64,000 nt of DNA from an uncultured Acidobacteriota bacterium (GTDB taxonomy: Bacteria; Acidobacteriota; Terriglobia; UBA7540): NCBI GenBank assembly GCA_963804995.1, contig CAWDSK010000001.1:288001-352000 (forward strand), written 5' to 3'. This document shows positions 42,691 to 53,580 of the stretch, piece by piece (position 1 is the stretch's first letter; every line of letters begins with the position of its first letter). Made by a program: the position numbers and the translations under genes. The notes under the pieces were generated by a model. That model was not told the DNA's origin, did no database searches, and saw only the letters and a program-made list of their open reading frames with translations.

Positions 42691-44119
42691 TCAATTCATT
42701 GGCGTTCACAGCAACGAGATTCACCAGGGCGCTAAGCAGACCCTTGGCAATCAGCGCCTGCTCGACGCCTATCAGGCTTCGACCCTACGATTGTTATCGC
42801 ACCGGGGCCAGGCCATGGCCGAGGTTCCCGGATTCGAACGCCTGCGTGACCGGGCGCGTGAGGTGAAGCGCCAGACCATCGAGCACCTTGATTACTATCT
42901 CGCCCAGTTCGCCGACAAAGTTGAACAAAACGGCGCCAAGGTGCATTGGGCCTCCACGGCCGAAGAGGTGTGCAGGATTGTCGTCGATATCGCCCGCCAA
43001 TCCGGGGTGCAGGAAGTGGTGAAAGCCAAGAGCATGGTCGCGGAGGAAGTTGAGCTGAACCATGCCCTGGAGGCCAGCGGGATTCGCGGGGTTGAAACCG
43101 ACCTCGGCGAGTTCATCATCCAGTTGGCCGGCGACCGACCCGCGCACATCGTGGCCCCCGCCATCCACAAGACGCGCGAGGACGTTTCCGCGCTGTTCGT
43201 GAAACACATTCACTCGGAGCCCACCCTCGTACCCGAGGAACTGACCGCCATTGCCCGCCGGGCCCTGCGCGAAATGTTCCAGAAAGCTGGGATGGGCGTG
43301 AGCGGCGCAAATTTCGCGGTGGCTGAAACCGGAACCGTGGTTCTGCTCGAGAACGAAGGCAACATTCGCATGTGCTCGACCGTGCCGCGAGTCTACGTGG
43401 CGCTGGTGGGAATTGAAAAGCTCATTCCCTGCCTGGCAGATTTGGGCGTTTTCCTGCGGTTGCTCGGCCGCTCCGCCACCGGCCAAAGGCTCACTACGTA
43501 CACCTCCTTGCTGACCGGACCACGCCGTCCGGGCGAAGATGGTCCGGAAGAGATGCACGTGGTGTTGGTAGACAATGGCCGCACCAAGGCACTTGCCGAT
43601 CCCAAGATGCGTGAGATGCTCTATTGCATCCGCTGCGGGGCGTGCCTGAATACCTGCCCCGTTTACCGCAAGATCGGCGGACACGCCTATGGATGGGTTT
43701 ACAGCGGCCCCATCGGGGCGCTGGTCACGCCGGAATTTACCAGCATCGGCCAGGCGCGCGAATTGCCCTTTGCCTCATCCCTGTGCGGAGCGTGCCGCGA
43801 AGTCTGCCCGGTGAGAATCAACATTCCCGACCTGCTACTCCACCTGCGCGGTGAGGCCCAGCGACTCGCTCCCAAGCACACGGAGTCGCTGATGTCGGAG
43901 CGGCTCATGTTCCGGTTGTGGGCCTGGGCGATGCGGCATCCGAGCTTGTACGCGCTGGGTTCGCGGCTGGCCCGTTGGGGGCAGGTCCTGGTGGCGCGCC
44001 AAGGCTGGATTCGAAAGATTCCGATGTTCCCTGCTTCCCAGTGGACCAAAGGCCGTGACTTCCCCGCGCTTGCACCCATGGCCTTTCGCGACCGTTGGAA
44101 AAAACTTCAAGGCGAGTAA
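42686..44119 (+). CDS. lutB: Lactate utilisation protein B (Fe-S)
   Basis: KAKSMVAEE, ETDLGEFIIQ, ENEGN, CIRCGACLNTCPVY, SSLCGACREVCPV. Confidence 0.92.
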   Translation: MTQFIGVHSNEIHQGAKQTLGNQRLLDAYQASTLRLLSHRGQAMAEVPGFERLRDRAREVKRQTIEHLDYYLAQFADKVEQNGAKVHWASTAEEVCRIVVDIARQSGVQEVVKAKSMVAEEVELNHALEASGIRGVETDLGEFIIQLAGDRPAHIVAPAIHKTREDVSALFVKHIHSEPTLVPEELTAIARRALREMFQKAGMGVSGANFAVAETGTVVLLENEGNIRMCSTVPRVYVALVGIEKLIPCLADLGVFLRLLGRSATGQRLTTYTSLLTGPRRPGEDGPEEMHVVLVDNGRTKALADPKMREMLYCIRCGACLNTCPVYRKIGGHAYGWVYSGPIGALVTPEFTSIGQARELPFASSLCGACREVCPVRINIPDLLLHLRGEAQRLAPKHTESLMSERLMFRLWAWAMRHPSLYALGSRLARWGQVLVARQGWIRKIPMFPASQWTKGRDFPALAPMAFRDRWKKLQGE

Positions 44120-44230
44120 AGAAAGCAGGTAGTGCGGTGCGCCGGAGCCGCATATGAAAACGGAAAGGCAAATGGCAAAAGGTAAAAGTTTAAAGCCGTT
44201 GATGGCGGTGGCAACTCGCCGGACGCTAAA

Positions 44231-44400
44231 ACCCCCTCACCCCCCGGCCCCTCTCCCCCAAAGGGGCGAGGGGGGAGTTAATTTGACTTACTCAGATGAG
44301 AGAGGGAGAGTGATTTGAATTCATAACCCTCGCCCCTTTGGGGGAGAGGGTGGACCGCTACCGGCGTTTTCATCAGCCGGGGCGGGACGGGTGAGGGGGT
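44231..44400. repeat. CCCTCTCCC-family palindromic doublet
   Basis: ACCCCCTCACCC...CCCTCTCCCCCAAAGGGGCGAGGG...CCCTCGCCCCTTTGGGGGAGAGGG...GGGTGAGGGGGT. Confidence 0.85.
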
Positions 44401-44571
44401 CGACTAGGAACAAATTGAGAAGTGGGAAGCGCGCGGTGGCCTCCGACCGCAACCAAACTACGCCGTTACGCAGCCCCCGACCTGTCAGTACCCCTCATAT
44501 GAATACCATCCAAAAATGCGGCTCTGCGCTACCGTCTTCGCGAAGATCTTACCCTTCCATCGAGGTGCATC

Positions 44572-47277
44572 ATGTCCCGCTTTGATTTGATCCGAAAATG
44601 TGTTTTGGCTGCAGTTCTCATGGCAATGTCTGCTACGTGGCTCATCCAACCGGCTCGCGCCACGGACGGCCCGCAACCTCCCGCCAACTTGCGGTGCGAA
44701 TATCTGAAAAACCCATTGGGAATCGACGTGCGTCGGCCACGCTTCGCCTGGGTGCTCGCCCACACCCAGCGCGCGCAAAAGCAGGCCGATTACCAGATTC
44801 TGATTGCTTCGAGCCTGGAGCTCCTCAACCAGGACAAAGCTGACCAGTGGGACAGCGGCAAGACCGCCTCCGATGACTCCACGCAAGTCGTCTACAAAGG
44901 GAAGGCCCTGGAGAGCAACCGTTCCTATTACTGGAAAGTCCGCTACTGGGATCTTGAGGGCAATGCCAGCGAGTACAGCCACCCGGCAAGTTTCGATGTG
45001 GGGCTGCTTTCCGCGGAGGATTGGAAGGGGCAATGGATTGGCGGAGCGAATCAACTGCGCACGGAAATCCGGCTGCCGGAGGCCGTCAAGCGGGCGCGGG
45101 CGTACATTTCGGGCCTGGGCTACTACGAACTCAGAATCAACGGCAGGAAAGTGGGAAACAATGTTCTCGATCCCGGCTGGACAACTTTTGACAAGCGCGC
45201 GCTGTACGTCACCTACAACGTCACTTCCCAGCTACATGCCGGCGCGAACGCCATGGGCGTGATGTTGGGAGAAGGCTGGTATAAGTCCCGGGGCTTGCTG
45301 TTGCAGTTGAACATTGAGCTCGCGAGCGGCAAGCAGGTGAGCGTCACCAGCGGCCCTGCTTGGAAAGTCCAGAATGGCCCCATTACGAGCGACGGCGTTT
45401 GGGATGGGGAAGTCTACGACGCGCGGCTGGAAACCACGGGCTGGGATATGCCGGGGTTCGACGATTCCCGTTGGGCAGCGGCTCAGGCGGTAAAGGCGCC
45501 CGGCGGCGTGCTCTCCGCCCAGATGATGCCGCCCATCCGCGTCGTCGATTCTATCGTGCCCGTGGCCATGACCAATCCGCGGCCCGGTACGTATATCTAC
45601 GACCTGGGCCAGAACTTCAGCGGTTGGGCGGAACTTCACGTGCACGGTCCGCGCGGCACGGAAGTCCACTTGCGTTTTGCCGAGCTGCTTTACGACGATG
45701 GCACCATCAATCGCGAGAACCTGGGGCTCGCCAAATCGCGCGACATTTATATTCTGCGCGGGGAAGGCGAAGAAACCTTCCATCCGCGTTTCACCTACCA
45801 CGGCTTCCGCTACGTGGAGGTCACCGGCTTTCCCGGAACGCCGAGCCTCGATTCTCTGCGCGGCCGCGTCGTGCATACGGCGGTGGAGTCTACCGGAAGC
45901 TTCATGGCTTCCAAACCTATATTGAACCAGATTCATAAGATCATCCGCTGGTCGGACTTGACCAATCTGCACAGTGTTCCTACCGACTGCGACCAACGCG
46001 ACGAACGCCAGGGCTGGATGGGCGACGCCCAGACCAGCGCCGAAGGCATGACCCTAAACTTCGACATGGCGGCGTTTTACACCAACTTCCTGCGCGACAT
46101 CCACGACGTGCAGGGAGCGGACGGCACCGTCACCGACACCGTTCCCTTTCGCTACGGACAGCGGCCCGCCGATCCTGCCTGGGGCACGGCTTACCCGGTT
46201 ATCGCCTGGACTTTGTATGAGAAGTATGGCGACCGCCGAATTCTGGAAGAAAACTATGACGGGCTGAAGAAGTACGTGGAGTTTCTCCGCACCCGCGCAC
46301 CCGACAACGTTTTGCGCTACAGCTATTATGGCGATTGGGTGGCCATCGAGAAAACCCCCGGCGAGCTGGTCTCTGACTTTTACTATTATTACGACACGCT
46401 GCTGCTTTCCAAAATGGCCGGGGTGCTGGGCAATTCCGCCGACGTGGACACTTACACGCAGCTTGCCACACAGATCAAGGACGCTTTCAATCACGCGTTC
46501 TTTGACGCCAAGGCTAACAATTACGCGAACGGAACCCAGACGGCCAACGCCCTGCCGCTCTTCCTGAACATGGTCCCCCGTGAGCAGCGCGGCGCGGTGG
46601 AGGGGAATCTCGTCAACAATATCGTATACGGCCACGATACACACCTGACGACAGGCTTCATCGGCCTCCGTTACGTCTTCCCGGTACTCAGCGGCTCCGG
46701 CAACCCTGAGGTAGAGAACGCCACCGGCAACTCCGATTTGGCTTACGATCTCCTCACGCAGACGACCTATCCGAGTTGGGGTTACATGCTGGCGAAAGGC
46801 GCCACGACGCTTTGGGAAATCTGGCAGAATAAATCCGGCCCCGCCATGAATTCCCATAACCACCACATGATGGGAAGCGTCGATGCCTGGCTTTATGAGG
46901 GCCTGGGAGGGATCAATGCGGAGGCGGAGAATCCGGGCTACCGGCACTTCCGGATTGAGCCGCAAGTCGTGCGCGACTTAACCTCGCTGAGCGCGACCGT
47001 CGGCACGCTGCGCGGAGACATCACCTCCTCCTGGACCCACGCGCCGGGCGCCGTGACGCTGGATGTGGATATTCCCGTCAACAGCGCGGCCACCGTGTCG
47101 ATTCCCAGGGATGTTGAGATGACGGGAGTTGTGGTTCGGGAAGGAGACCAGGTGGTCTGGGAAAAGGGCCAATTCGTGGCTGGCCGTCCCGGCATCAGCA
47201 GTGCAAAAGACCAGCGCGGCCGCGTCATCTTCGAAGTGGGCTCGGGACACTACGCGTTCAGATTGACCGGGGAATGA
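44572..47277 (+). CDS. Alpha-L-rhamnosidase (GH78)
   Basis: NLRCEYLKNPLGID, DLGQNFSGW, FTYHGFRYVE, PTDCDQRDERQGWMGD, GATTLWE, NSHNH. Confidence 0.93.
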   Translation: MSRFDLIRKCVLAAVLMAMSATWLIQPARATDGPQPPANLRCEYLKNPLGIDVRRPRFAWVLAHTQRAQKQADYQILIASSLELLNQDKADQWDSGKTASDDSTQVVYKGKALESNRSYYWKVRYWDLEGNASEYSHPASFDVGLLSAEDWKGQWIGGANQLRTEIRLPEAVKRARAYISGLGYYELRINGRKVGNNVLDPGWTTFDKRALYVTYNVTSQLHAGANAMGVMLGEGWYKSRGLLLQLNIELASGKQVSVTSGPAWKVQNGPITSDGVWDGEVYDARLETTGWDMPGFDDSRWAAAQAVKAPGGVLSAQMMPPIRVVDSIVPVAMTNPRPGTYIYDLGQNFSGWAELHVHGPRGTEVHLRFAELLYDDGTINRENLGLAKSRDIYILRGEGEETFHPRFTYHGFRYVEVTGFPGTPSLDSLRGRVVHTAVESTGSFMASKPILNQIHKIIRWSDLTNLHSVPTDCDQRDERQGWMGDAQTSAEGMTLNFDMAAFYTNFLRDIHDVQGADGTVTDTVPFRYGQRPADPAWGTAYPVIAWTLYEKYGDRRILEENYDGLKKYVEFLRTRAPDNVLRYSYYGDWVAIEKTPGELVSDFYYYYDTLLLSKMAGVLGNSADVDTYTQLATQIKDAFNHAFFDAKANNYANGTQTANALPLFLNMVPREQRGAVEGNLVNNIVYGHDTHLTTGFIGLRYVFPVLSGSGNPEVENATGNSDLAYDLLTQTTYPSWGYMLAKGATTLWEIWQNKSGPAMNSHNHHMMGSVDAWLYEGLGGINAEAENPGYRHFRIEPQVVRDLTSLSATVGTLRGDITSSWTHAPGAVTLDVDIPVNSAATVSIPRDVEMTGVVVREGDQVVWEKGQFVAGRPGISSAKDQRGRVIFEVGSGHYAFRLTGE

Positions 47278-47853
47278 GCAAGTGCGATGCGGGCCTGTTT
47301 CGTACCGCGGTGCCCCGGTTTTGTGATTCCGCGGCTTTTCCTTCGGCTGTGGCACAGCCACTCCTGGCTGTGTCGCTAAGTTCGAACCTCCAGCCGCAGC
47401 CACAGGTAGGAGGAGTGCTTCCGTGAGCGGCTGCGCCACGCCTGCTTCTTTACGCCGATACCTTCGCTCAATTGGCACACGAAGAACCGCGGACCTCAAC
47501 GGCGGAGGTCCGCGCTACGCTGGGCATTCCGCATTTCGGACAATTCCACGCACCTTTTTTACGATTTGGGCTACCGGTAGCCCATTTGCATATATCTCTC
47601 TTGACAACAGCTCGCCCCATGCTAGCCTATTAAGTGGAGAATTGTTTCGTGCTGACACTACCCGCCACCGTGGAATGCCCAACGCCGCCGCGAAAATCGC
47701 ACCCCCTCGTCCCATGGCGCGGCTTACTTGAAAATGCGCTGCCGGGATTCCCGCTTCCTGCCTTCGCGGGAAGGACAAGCGTGAGATCCGTGCCCATTTC
47801 CCCGGCGCAGCGGGCCAAAAAACGGTTGGATATGACACGGATTGCGGTATCCT

Positions 47854-48112
47854 TCTGACGATGTTGATGATAATAAAGGAAGTTAGCGGAAATACTGATG
47901 ATCTACAGAAAAAGTCAACGCATTGAAACTAAGCCACTTGCTTGATTGACTGGCTCGGGTGCGCCACCGAATAATTTCAATCAGGATAGTCTAACGATGT
48001 GTATGAAAACAAAGGGGAGCAGCAGTGACAAATTGGCAAGTCTAACGATGTTGATGAAAACACACAAGTTAACCTACTTTTCTAACGATGTTTATGAAAA
48101 GAAAGGGAGTTA
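47854..48112 (+). repeat. Cluster of four AT-rich direct repeats with TCTAACGATGT..ATGAAAA core
   Basis: Copies start at 47854, 47990, 48041 and 48081. Confidence 0.75.
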
Positions 48113-48375
48113 TCAGGAATGGCGAGGTGTTTTGGAGAGAATTCTGGACTCGGGCTTGGGGGGGCGAGAAGCGGCGCTAGTTGCCCGGTGCGGCCACCAA
48201 AAAGGCGTGGCGACTTCGCCGGATGGAGAATGAAAATGCCGTACGGAAAATGCCAAACTGAGCCAGTGCCCAATGAGAAACCCGGTTGACAGCCGCGGAG
48301 GAACAGTTGAAAGTAGAAGTTCAGTACCCACCACGGCTTGATTTCAACTTTTGATCTGGACGGGAGTCCTGGAAC

Positions 48376-49323
48376 ATGAAGCTGGTAACTTATGAATCCG
48401 CTAAACAATCTCGCGTGGGAGTAGTCGAAGGCGAGTTCGTTGTTGATATTGCAGCAGCGTACGGAACGGTCGCGAAGGGAAGAATCGCCGACGCCAAATT
48501 GGCCGCGGCGGCAAAAGTGCTGCGGGCGCTGGGCCGGCCGCCTCAGGACATGATGGAACTCCTCGGGTTAGGTGAGAGATACCGGAAGGCGCTGGGGGTG
48601 ATCACCGCGGCGGCGGCGGCGCGCGGCAAAGGCCCGAAAGGCCTGCTAACGCCGATGCGCTCTGCCAAATTGCGAGCCCCCATTTCGAAGCCCAACAAGA
48701 TTACTTGCATCGGGCTTAACTACGCCGACCACGCTCGCGAGCAAGGTAAGGAGCCCCCAGAGAAGCCGATCTTCTTCCTAAAATCCCACAACACCATCAG
48801 CGGTCCTGGCGACCCCATCAAGCTTCCGCCCAACTCCGACCAGAACGATTACGAAGCGGAATTCGCGGTGGTGATCGGCAAGCGCGGCCATCGCATTCCG
48901 GAGTCAGAGGCCCACAAGTACATTGCCGGCTATACGATCTTGACTGACGTGACGGCACGCGACATGCAGTACGGCGACAGACAATGGTTCCGCGGCAAGA
49001 GTTGCGACACCTTTGGGCCTACCGGCCCGTGGATCGTGACGGCGGACCAAATCCCTGACCCCGATAATCTCCGCATCTCGCTGACGCTCAACGGCGCGAC
49101 CATGCAGGACTCGAACACCCACAACCTGATCTTCAAGGTTCCCTTTCTGATCAGTTATCTCTCGCAATCCCTCACCTGGGAAGTGGGCGATATACTCTCC
49201 ACCGGTACGCCGGCCGGCGTGGGCGTCTATCGTAAGCCTCCCGTCTTTCTGAAACCCGGCGACACGGTCAGCGTCACCGTCGAAGGTATTGGGACGCTTA
49301 CGAACCCGGTGGTCGGACCGTAA
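48376..49323 (+). CDS. Fumarylacetoacetate hydrolase family protein
   Basis: KITCIGLNYADH, DYEAE, DVTARD, GKSCDTFGPTGP, GDILSTGTPAGVG. Confidence 0.93.
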   Translation: MKLVTYESAKQSRVGVVEGEFVVDIAAAYGTVAKGRIADAKLAAAAKVLRALGRPPQDMMELLGLGERYRKALGVITAAAAARGKGPKGLLTPMRSAKLRAPISKPNKITCIGLNYADHAREQGKEPPEKPIFFLKSHNTISGPGDPIKLPPNSDQNDYEAEFAVVIGKRGHRIPESEAHKYIAGYTILTDVTARDMQYGDRQWFRGKSCDTFGPTGPWIVTADQIPDPDNLRISLTLNGATMQDSNTHNLIFKVPFLISYLSQSLTWEVGDILSTGTPAGVGVYRKPPVFLKPGDTVSVTVEGIGTLTNPVVGP

Positions 49324-49435
49324 AGGAGATTCCTCACCACCAGAAGGTCCGCGGTTCGTCCTCAAATGACAACAAAAAGCCGTGGGCCTCAAGAACAGGT
49401 CCACGCGACGAATGAGTGTAGTACGAGGCTGCATC

Positions 49436-50996
49436 ATGCAACTGCCCGAATTCAAGAATGAACCCTTAAGCGATTTCAAAGGCAATCCTCAGCATCGCCG
49501 CGGGATGGAAGACGCCTTGCAAGAGGTCGCGAAGGAACTGGGCCGTGAATACGATTTGGTCATCGGCGGCGGGCACATCAAGACTCAGGACAAACTGATT
49601 TCCTCGAATCCCAGCCACCCCGACCAGGTCGTCGGCATGTTTTCAAAGGCCGATGCTTCGCTCGCCGACCGTGCCATTCGCACCGCTGATGAAGCGTTCA
49701 AGACCTGGAAGAGGGTACGAGCGGAGAAGCGGGTCGAGTTGTTATTGAACACCAGCCGGATCCTGCGCGAGCGCAAGTACTACTACGAGGCCTGGTTGGT
49801 GTATGAGGTGGGAAAGACCTGGGCCGAGGCTGACGCTGACGTCGCTGAGGCCATAGATTTCGCCGAGTTTTACAGCCGGGAGATGTTGCGCCTGGCCATT
49901 CCCCACCCGCTCACGCCGGTCCCTGGTGAGAAGAATTATCTGAGCTATATTCCCCTGGGTGTGGGCATTGTGATTCCGCCCTGGAACTTTCCCCTGGCAA
50001 TTTTGGCGGGAATGACCCTGGCGTCCATCGTGGCGGGAAATACGGTGGTGATGAAGCCCTCCAGCGACTCACCCACCATCGCCTACAAGTTTTTCGGGGT
50101 CCTCGAGGCAGGCGGGCCTGCCTGCGGGTGTCGTGAATTTCCTGCCCTGCCCGGGGGGAACGGTGGGGGAAGTTCTGGTTCGCCATCCCCGCACGCGCTA
50201 CGTGGCCTTCACCGGATCAAAGGAAGTCGGACTGCGCATCAATGAGCAGGCGGCGCGGACGGCGCCCGGGCAAATCTGGGTGAAGCGCGTGATCGCGGAA
50301 ATGGGCGGCAAGGATTCGATCGTGGTGGCGAGCGATGCCGATCTTGAGGCGGCCGTGGAAGGAGTGGTGGCCTCCGCGTTCGGTTATCAGGGCCAGAAGT
50401 GCTCTGCCTGTTCCCGCGCCATTGTGGTGGAGGGGGTCTATGAGGCATTCCTCGCGAAACTCAAGCGACGCGTGGAGCAAATCTCCGTCGGCCCCGCTGA
50501 GCGCCCGGAAAATTACATGGGCCCGGTCATCAACGCCAAGGCGAAACAATCCATCCTGGAATACATTGCGATCGGAACAGAGGAAGGTCGTCTGATCACC
50601 GGGGGCAAGGAGGTTGCTGGGGGAGGGCATTTCGTTCAGCCGACCGTCATCGCGGATGTGCCGCCCACCGCCCGCATCGCGCAGGAAGAGATTTTTGGTC
50701 CAGTACTGGCGGTGATCCGCGCTGCAAACTTCGAGGAAGCCCTGGCCATCGCCAATAACACCGAGTATGGACTGACGGGCGCAGTGTACTCCCAGGACCG
50801 GCGGAAACTCGAGAAGGCTGCGGAAGAATTCTTCGTGGGAAACCTTTATTTCAATCGCAAATGCACAGGCGCCCTGGTGGGCGGGCATCCCTTCGGGGGA
50901 TTCAACATGTCAGGGACTGATTCCAAAGCCGGTGGAGCGGATTATTTGCTGCTCTTCTCCCAAGCCAAGGCAGTTGCCGAAAAGCTTACCACTTAA
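49436..50996 (+). CDS. pruA: 1-pyrroline-5-carboxylate (glutamate semialdehyde) dehydrogenase (frameshift near 50110)
   Basis: [49 protein letters not shown]. Confidence 0.9.
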
Positions 50997-51172
50997 ATCG
51001 ATTACTGTTCAGTTAATGAAGTGTATGGAAAATACCCTTGACGAGGTTTTTAATCATATGGTTATCTTCTCAGCTTGCTTTCTCGCGCCGTTTTCGTATA
51101 ATTGGCACGCTGGAAATGGTACAGTTCCAACCAAATTTCTGGAAACCACCTTTTTTCAGGTTTTGAAGCGAC

Positions 51173-52015
51173 ATGATGACAAATCACCCGCCGGATGTTG
51201 TCGAACAGGTCAGCCCGCAAGCGCGCATCCAAGCGGAGCTCATGAGGCTTGAATCGCAAAAAAGGGAATTCTGGATCATCGTGGCCTTTGCAGCGATGGT
51301 TCTTATCCTGGGAGTTCTATCCTTCTTCTTCCCCCACACCTTTTGGTACCGGAACAGCCTGAACATCAGTATTTCCCCTCAAGTCCTTTTCGTGATCATG
51401 GTCGCCATGGTGCTGGCGGCACTGTTTTATGTCCGGCGCGACATGGAGATCAAAGGGCTCCGGCTTGCGAATCTACAACAAATCCTCGCCTCACAGGAGG
51501 ACCAGGCCGCGAGCATGATCGACGCGGTGACGAATGTCTTCACGCGAGGCTTCCTGCATGACCTCCTCCAGGGTGAAATCTCCCGGGCCGAACGCACCAA
51601 CCGCTCGCTGGCGCTGCTGATGTGTGACCTGAACAACTTCAAGCAGGTGAACGACCGGTATGGCCACCTGATGGGCGACTATGTCCTCTCGCAGATCGCC
51701 ACGATTTTGAAGTCCTGCGTGCGCGGCTCCGACTACGTTATCCGGTATGGGGGTGACGAATTTCTGGTTGTGCTTCCCGAAACCGACGAACATGGTGGTG
51801 AGATCGTCCGGCAACGCGTCCACCGCAAGGTCATGGAATGGGACCAGAATAACCGTGTAGGGGATCTGCCGATTTCCCTCAGCCTGGGCCTGTACCTCCA
51901 CATCGCTGGCCAAACCGCAGAGAAGGATGTGGCGGAAGCCGACGCCCGCATGTATGCGGACAAGCAGGCCACTAAACACGGCGCCAAGCTGACCGACGCC
52001 TCAACCGTCCAGTAA
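51173..52015 (+). CDS. Membrane-anchored diguanylate cyclase
   Basis: Two TM helices; DLNNFKQVNDRYGH; RGSD I-site; GGDEF. Confidence 0.93.
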   Translation: MMTNHPPDVVEQVSPQARIQAELMRLESQKREFWIIVAFAAMVLILGVLSFFFPHTFWYRNSLNISISPQVLFVIMVAMVLAALFYVRRDMEIKGLRLANLQQILASQEDQAASMIDAVTNVFTRGFLHDLLQGEISRAERTNRSLALLMCDLNNFKQVNDRYGHLMGDYVLSQIATILKSCVRGSDYVIRYGGDEFLVVLPETDEHGGEIVRQRVHRKVMEWDQNNRVGDLPISLSLGLYLHIAGQTAEKDVAEADARMYADKQATKHGAKLTDASTVQ

Positions 52016-52144
52016 GGCCGCCTCTCTTCCGCTCGGAACTTTCATCAAGGCCTGCGCACGCATCACCCCCACGGCGCGCTTGCCGCGTTTGTCCTCCATG
52101 GCCAGTCTAATGCGGTGTTACAATCTTTTCAGACGGATCCCTTC

Positions 52145-53560
52145 ATGCGTCATCGACCTGACCTATACGCCCGGTGGTCCCTCGAAGTGCGTCGCGCGGA
52201 GTTCTTCCGCCCTGGGCAACGAGTGGGGGTGGCGGTTTCAGGTGGCCCTGATTCCGTCTTGTTGCTGCATTTCATGAAGATTCTGGCGGGCGAACTAGGA
52301 CTCACGCTCGCGGTTGTACACTTCAATCATCGCCTGCGCGGGGCAGAGTCGGACGGCGATGAAGCTTTGGTGCGCGGTTTCGCAGAGACTCTGCAACTCG
52401 AATACCTGCGCGGCGAGGCGGATGTGGGGCGCGTGGCGCGCGAACGCCGCCGCAACCTGGAAGCCGTGGCGCGGGAACTGCGCTACCGGTATTTCTTTAC
52501 TCTGGTTGATCAGGGGCGGCTCGACCGTGTGGCCACTGCACACACAGCCAACGATCAGGCAGAAACCGTGCTGCTGCGCCTGCTGCGAGGCACGGGAACG
52601 CGGGGACTGGGGGGCATCTATCCGGTGCTCGAGGGTAAAGTCGTTCGCCCCTTTCTTAACCTGACGCGCGCCGAAGTGATGGAAGAGATTGCGGCCCGCC
52701 ATCTCGAGTACCGCGTGGATTCCTCGAACCTCAACCCCCGATTCCAGCGCAACAAAGTGCGGGGAGAGCTCCTGCCATTCCTAGCCAGAGAATTCAATCC
52801 AGAAATTGTTCTCTTACTCAAGCAGCTTGCTGACCGGGCACGCGACGACGAAGCCTGCCTGGAGCGTCAGGCGCATGACCGGGCCCATCCCTGGAGGGTG
52901 CGCGAAGGCCTGGAAGAACGCCTCCCCATTCGCCCTCTTCTGGAATTTCCCGTGGCCCTGGCGCGGCGAGTATTACGACAGATGTTGCAATCCGTGCGTG
53001 GCTCGCTCCACGGGCTGACGCACGGGCATGTGGAGGCGCTGCGGCGCTTTGCCGCGGAAGCGCAGAGCGGGAAGAGCCTATCCCTGCCGGGTGGTGTGGT
53101 GGCTCGTAAGGAATTTGCCTGGCTGGTTCTGGCGCCCAGTCCCCCTGTGGCAGAACATCCGGGCTTTTCTTACGCCGTGGTAATTCCCGGGGTATTAACT
53201 GTTCCGGAGTTGAGTTGTAAATATAACTTCAAAATTCTTAACCGGGATGACCTTGCCCGGGCGTATAATCAACAGATGCTCGCTGGGCTTGACCCGCAAA
53301 AGTTGCCGGGGAAGCTTCTCTTGCGCAACTGGCGGGCTGGCGACACTTTCTGTCCTTTGGGAAGCCGCCGGGATCGCAAACTGAAGGAGCTTTTTCGCGA
53401 GCGGAAGATCCCGGAAGTTCAACGCAAAGTTTGGCCCGTCCTGTCAAACGAAAGCCAAATTTTCTGGGTCCGAGGATTCCCACCGGGGAGTCTCGTTGCC
53501 GCAACTGAGCAGACCGGCCGGGTGCTAATAGTGGAAGAGGAACCGATCCTGTTACCTTAG
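52145..53560 (+). CDS. tilS: tRNA(Ile)-lysidine synthetase
   Basis: VAVSGGPDS, HFNHRLRG, RELRY, TAHTANDQAET, RPFL, RNKVR. Confidence 0.95.
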   Translation: MRHRPDLYARWSLEVRRAEFFRPGQRVGVAVSGGPDSVLLLHFMKILAGELGLTLAVVHFNHRLRGAESDGDEALVRGFAETLQLEYLRGEADVGRVARERRRNLEAVARELRYRYFFTLVDQGRLDRVATAHTANDQAETVLLRLLRGTGTRGLGGIYPVLEGKVVRPFLNLTRAEVMEEIAARHLEYRVDSSNLNPRFQRNKVRGELLPFLAREFNPEIVLLLKQLADRARDDEACLERQAHDRAHPWRVREGLEERLPIRPLLEFPVALARRVLRQMLQSVRGSLHGLTHGHVEALRRFAAEAQSGKSLSLPGGVVARKEFAWLVLAPSPPVAEHPGFSYAVVIPGVLTVPELSCKYNFKILNRDDLARAYNQQMLAGLDPQKLPGKLLLRNWRAGDTFCPLGSRRDRKLKELFRERKIPEVQRKVWPVLSNESQIFWVRGFPPGSLVAATEQTGRVLIVEEEPILLP

Positions 53561-53580
53561 GCTGTCCGAGGACCACTGAG

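Noticed and set aside
47854..48112. CRISPR array
   Set aside because: Only four degenerate repeats at irregular intervals (136, 51, 40 bp); no cas genes.
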